Notes under the pieces: model-generated
Databases searched by the model: none
What the model was told of the DNA's origin: nothing
The model's input: the letters and a program-made list of their open reading frames with translations, nothing else
Shown: positions 53,572-54,673 of the stretch, piece after piece
How positions within the stretch are numbered: position 1 is the first letter of the stretch
Layout of the letters: each line of letters begins with the position of its first letter
Source: a virus
Taxonomy: Duplodnaviria > Caudoviricetes
IMG/VR virus record: IMGVR_UViG_3300042860_002166
Span: 1-54,673 of that record
Reading direction: 5' to 3' (one strand)
DNA length: 54,673 nucleotides
Program-made: the position numbers and the translations under genes

Positions 53572-53919
53572 ATGCGCATTAGTTACCAAACGGCCACTAT
53601 TGCATCATCTGGAACGACCAGCGGTGCGGTATCAACTGGCATTATCGGAACGGAAAATACCCAGCTCATGGGGCTGGAGTTCCCGGCAGCAATGACCGGC
53701 ACGAGTATGACCTTTACGGGCTCGCGGACCTCAGACGGAACCTATGTGACTATTACTGAGGTAGGCGGGGCGAGTAACTACTCGGTTACGGTGGCGGCTA
53801 ACAAGTTCGTACCTGTTGATCCGCGAGTATTTTCTACCTTTCCGTTTATCAAGCTGGTTAGCGGCTCGGCGGAGGGCGCTGATCGCTCGATTATCGTACA
53901 CTCCCGCCCGGTGCAGTAA
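53572..53919 (+). CDS. small beta-sandwich protein (possibly structural)
   Basis: Thr/Ser/Gly-rich; AGGGG SD. Confidence 0.65.
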   Translation: MRISYQTATIASSGTTSGAVSTGIIGTENTQLMGLEFPAAMTGTSMTFTGSRTSDGTYVTITEVGGASNYSVTVAANKFVPVDPRVFSTFPFIKLVSGSAEGADRSIIVHSRPVQ

Positions 53920-54431
53920 TGACTAGGTTTTGCGGGTGCGAGGAGTTGCCAAAAGAGAACGAATCTATGGCGATGCGGGCTGCGGCTCGGTCGCGGACTT
54001 TTCGCTTTAATCTTGTCTACGGCAATTACCCCGGCTTCGCGTTCAAGGGAATGACTAACACTCAAGCAGTCGCGGTGATTCGCAAGGCGATGGCTGACCT
54101 GTCAAAGGTGTCTGGGGCGAAGTTTGTCGAGTCGAGCAGCAAGCCGCACGTCCGGTTCTATTTCATGGCTCAAGTGAAGTACAACGCCATCGGCGTGTAC
54201 ATGGGAGACGGCAAGATTTACCTGTCGCAGTCTCGGCCAATCACGGCTCCGGTCGCAGGCATCTGCGTCCAGCACGAGGTCGGGCATTACCTCGGCGTCA
54301 AGGCCAGTCCAGCCGCCGACAAGTGGGGCCATTGTCCCGACAAGGGCTGCGTGATGAACATCAACGGAACTGGGCCAGCGTGGTGCGGCCGATGCCGTGG
54401 TCAGTTGGTCGCCAAATACGGAGCTAAGTAG
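53919..54431 (+). CDS. zincin metallopeptidase (metzincin-like)
   Basis: HEVGHYLG...HC....CVMN...C..C. Confidence 0.8.
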   Translation: MTRFCGCEELPKENESMAMRAAARSRTFRFNLVYGNYPGFAFKGMTNTQAVAVIRKAMADLSKVSGAKFVESSSKPHVRFYFMAQVKYNAIGVYMGDGKIYLSQSRPITAPVAGICVQHEVGHYLGVKASPAADKWGHCPDKGCVMNINGTGPAWCGRCRGQLVAKYGAK

Positions 54432-54673
54432 ATGGGACTATTGCTGTTGATGGGAAGCGCATCAACGCCGACAACTCCGCCACTGCTGGACACCTACACT
54501 GGCTCGGCAGGTGCCTATAGTCTGCGGAAATTGCGAACTGCTTACGCTGGCAGTTGCTTGCGTGTGCGACGTTCTAGCGACAGCACAGAACAGGATATTG
54601 ATTTTTCTGGCGGTTTAATTGACACGGCGTCGCTGTTGTCGTTTTGCGGTGCTGGCGATGGGTTCGTTAAAAC
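54432..54673 (+). CDS. 3'-truncated concanavalin-A/LamG-like (arabinofuranosidase-B-catalytic-like) protein
   Basis: AYSLRKLRTAYAGSCLRVRRSSD.TEQDI.F motif; runs off the window. Confidence 0.65.
   Translation, partial: MGLLLLMGSASTPTTPPLLDTYTGSAGAYSLRKLRTAYAGSCLRVRRSSDSTEQDIDFSGGLIDTASLLSFCGAGDGFVK

Overview
The window is most of the genome of a temperate, siphovirus-like tailed phage with an HK97-type capsid. It appears to be the free (non-integrated) form, because a putative attP (3' part of tRNA-Leu(TAG)) has phage genes on both sides. The host is inferred, not shown, to be Planctomycetota/PVC-like, from CsrA, a PEP-CTERM protein and Cys-rich tail proteins. Layout: terminase, portal and MuF (0.9-10.6 kb); an inverted block of small genes with repeated promoter-like elements and a hammerhead ribozyme (10.8-13.3 kb); protease, capsid, neck and tail genes plus a glycosyltransferase (13.4-31.4 kb); leftward recombination, lysogeny and replication genes (31.4-43 kb); rightward accessory genes including MazG, NinG, alphaCTD-like, Rmf-like, trypsin and papain proteases, thioredoxin and phosphatases (43-54.7 kb). 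The most striking system is a 1790-aa portal polyprotein. Its portal domain is followed by effector-like modules (JAB, two ART-PolyVal-like ADP-ribosyltransferases, zincin and others) separated by a protein-conserved, synonymously diverged repeat, K-S-x(2-3)-CGANxxGGGGFxxGNxC. A sixth copy heads the next gene. This suggests prohead-protease-processed, virion-packaged cargo. Other highlights are an intein at the catalytic Cys of a papain-like protease, a candidate protease/thioredoxin lysis cassette, at least 17 copies of ATAGGATAT, an attP placed directly upstream of the repressor, and an atypical tRNA-like RNA. All family assignments come from motif recognition by eye; no database searches were run.
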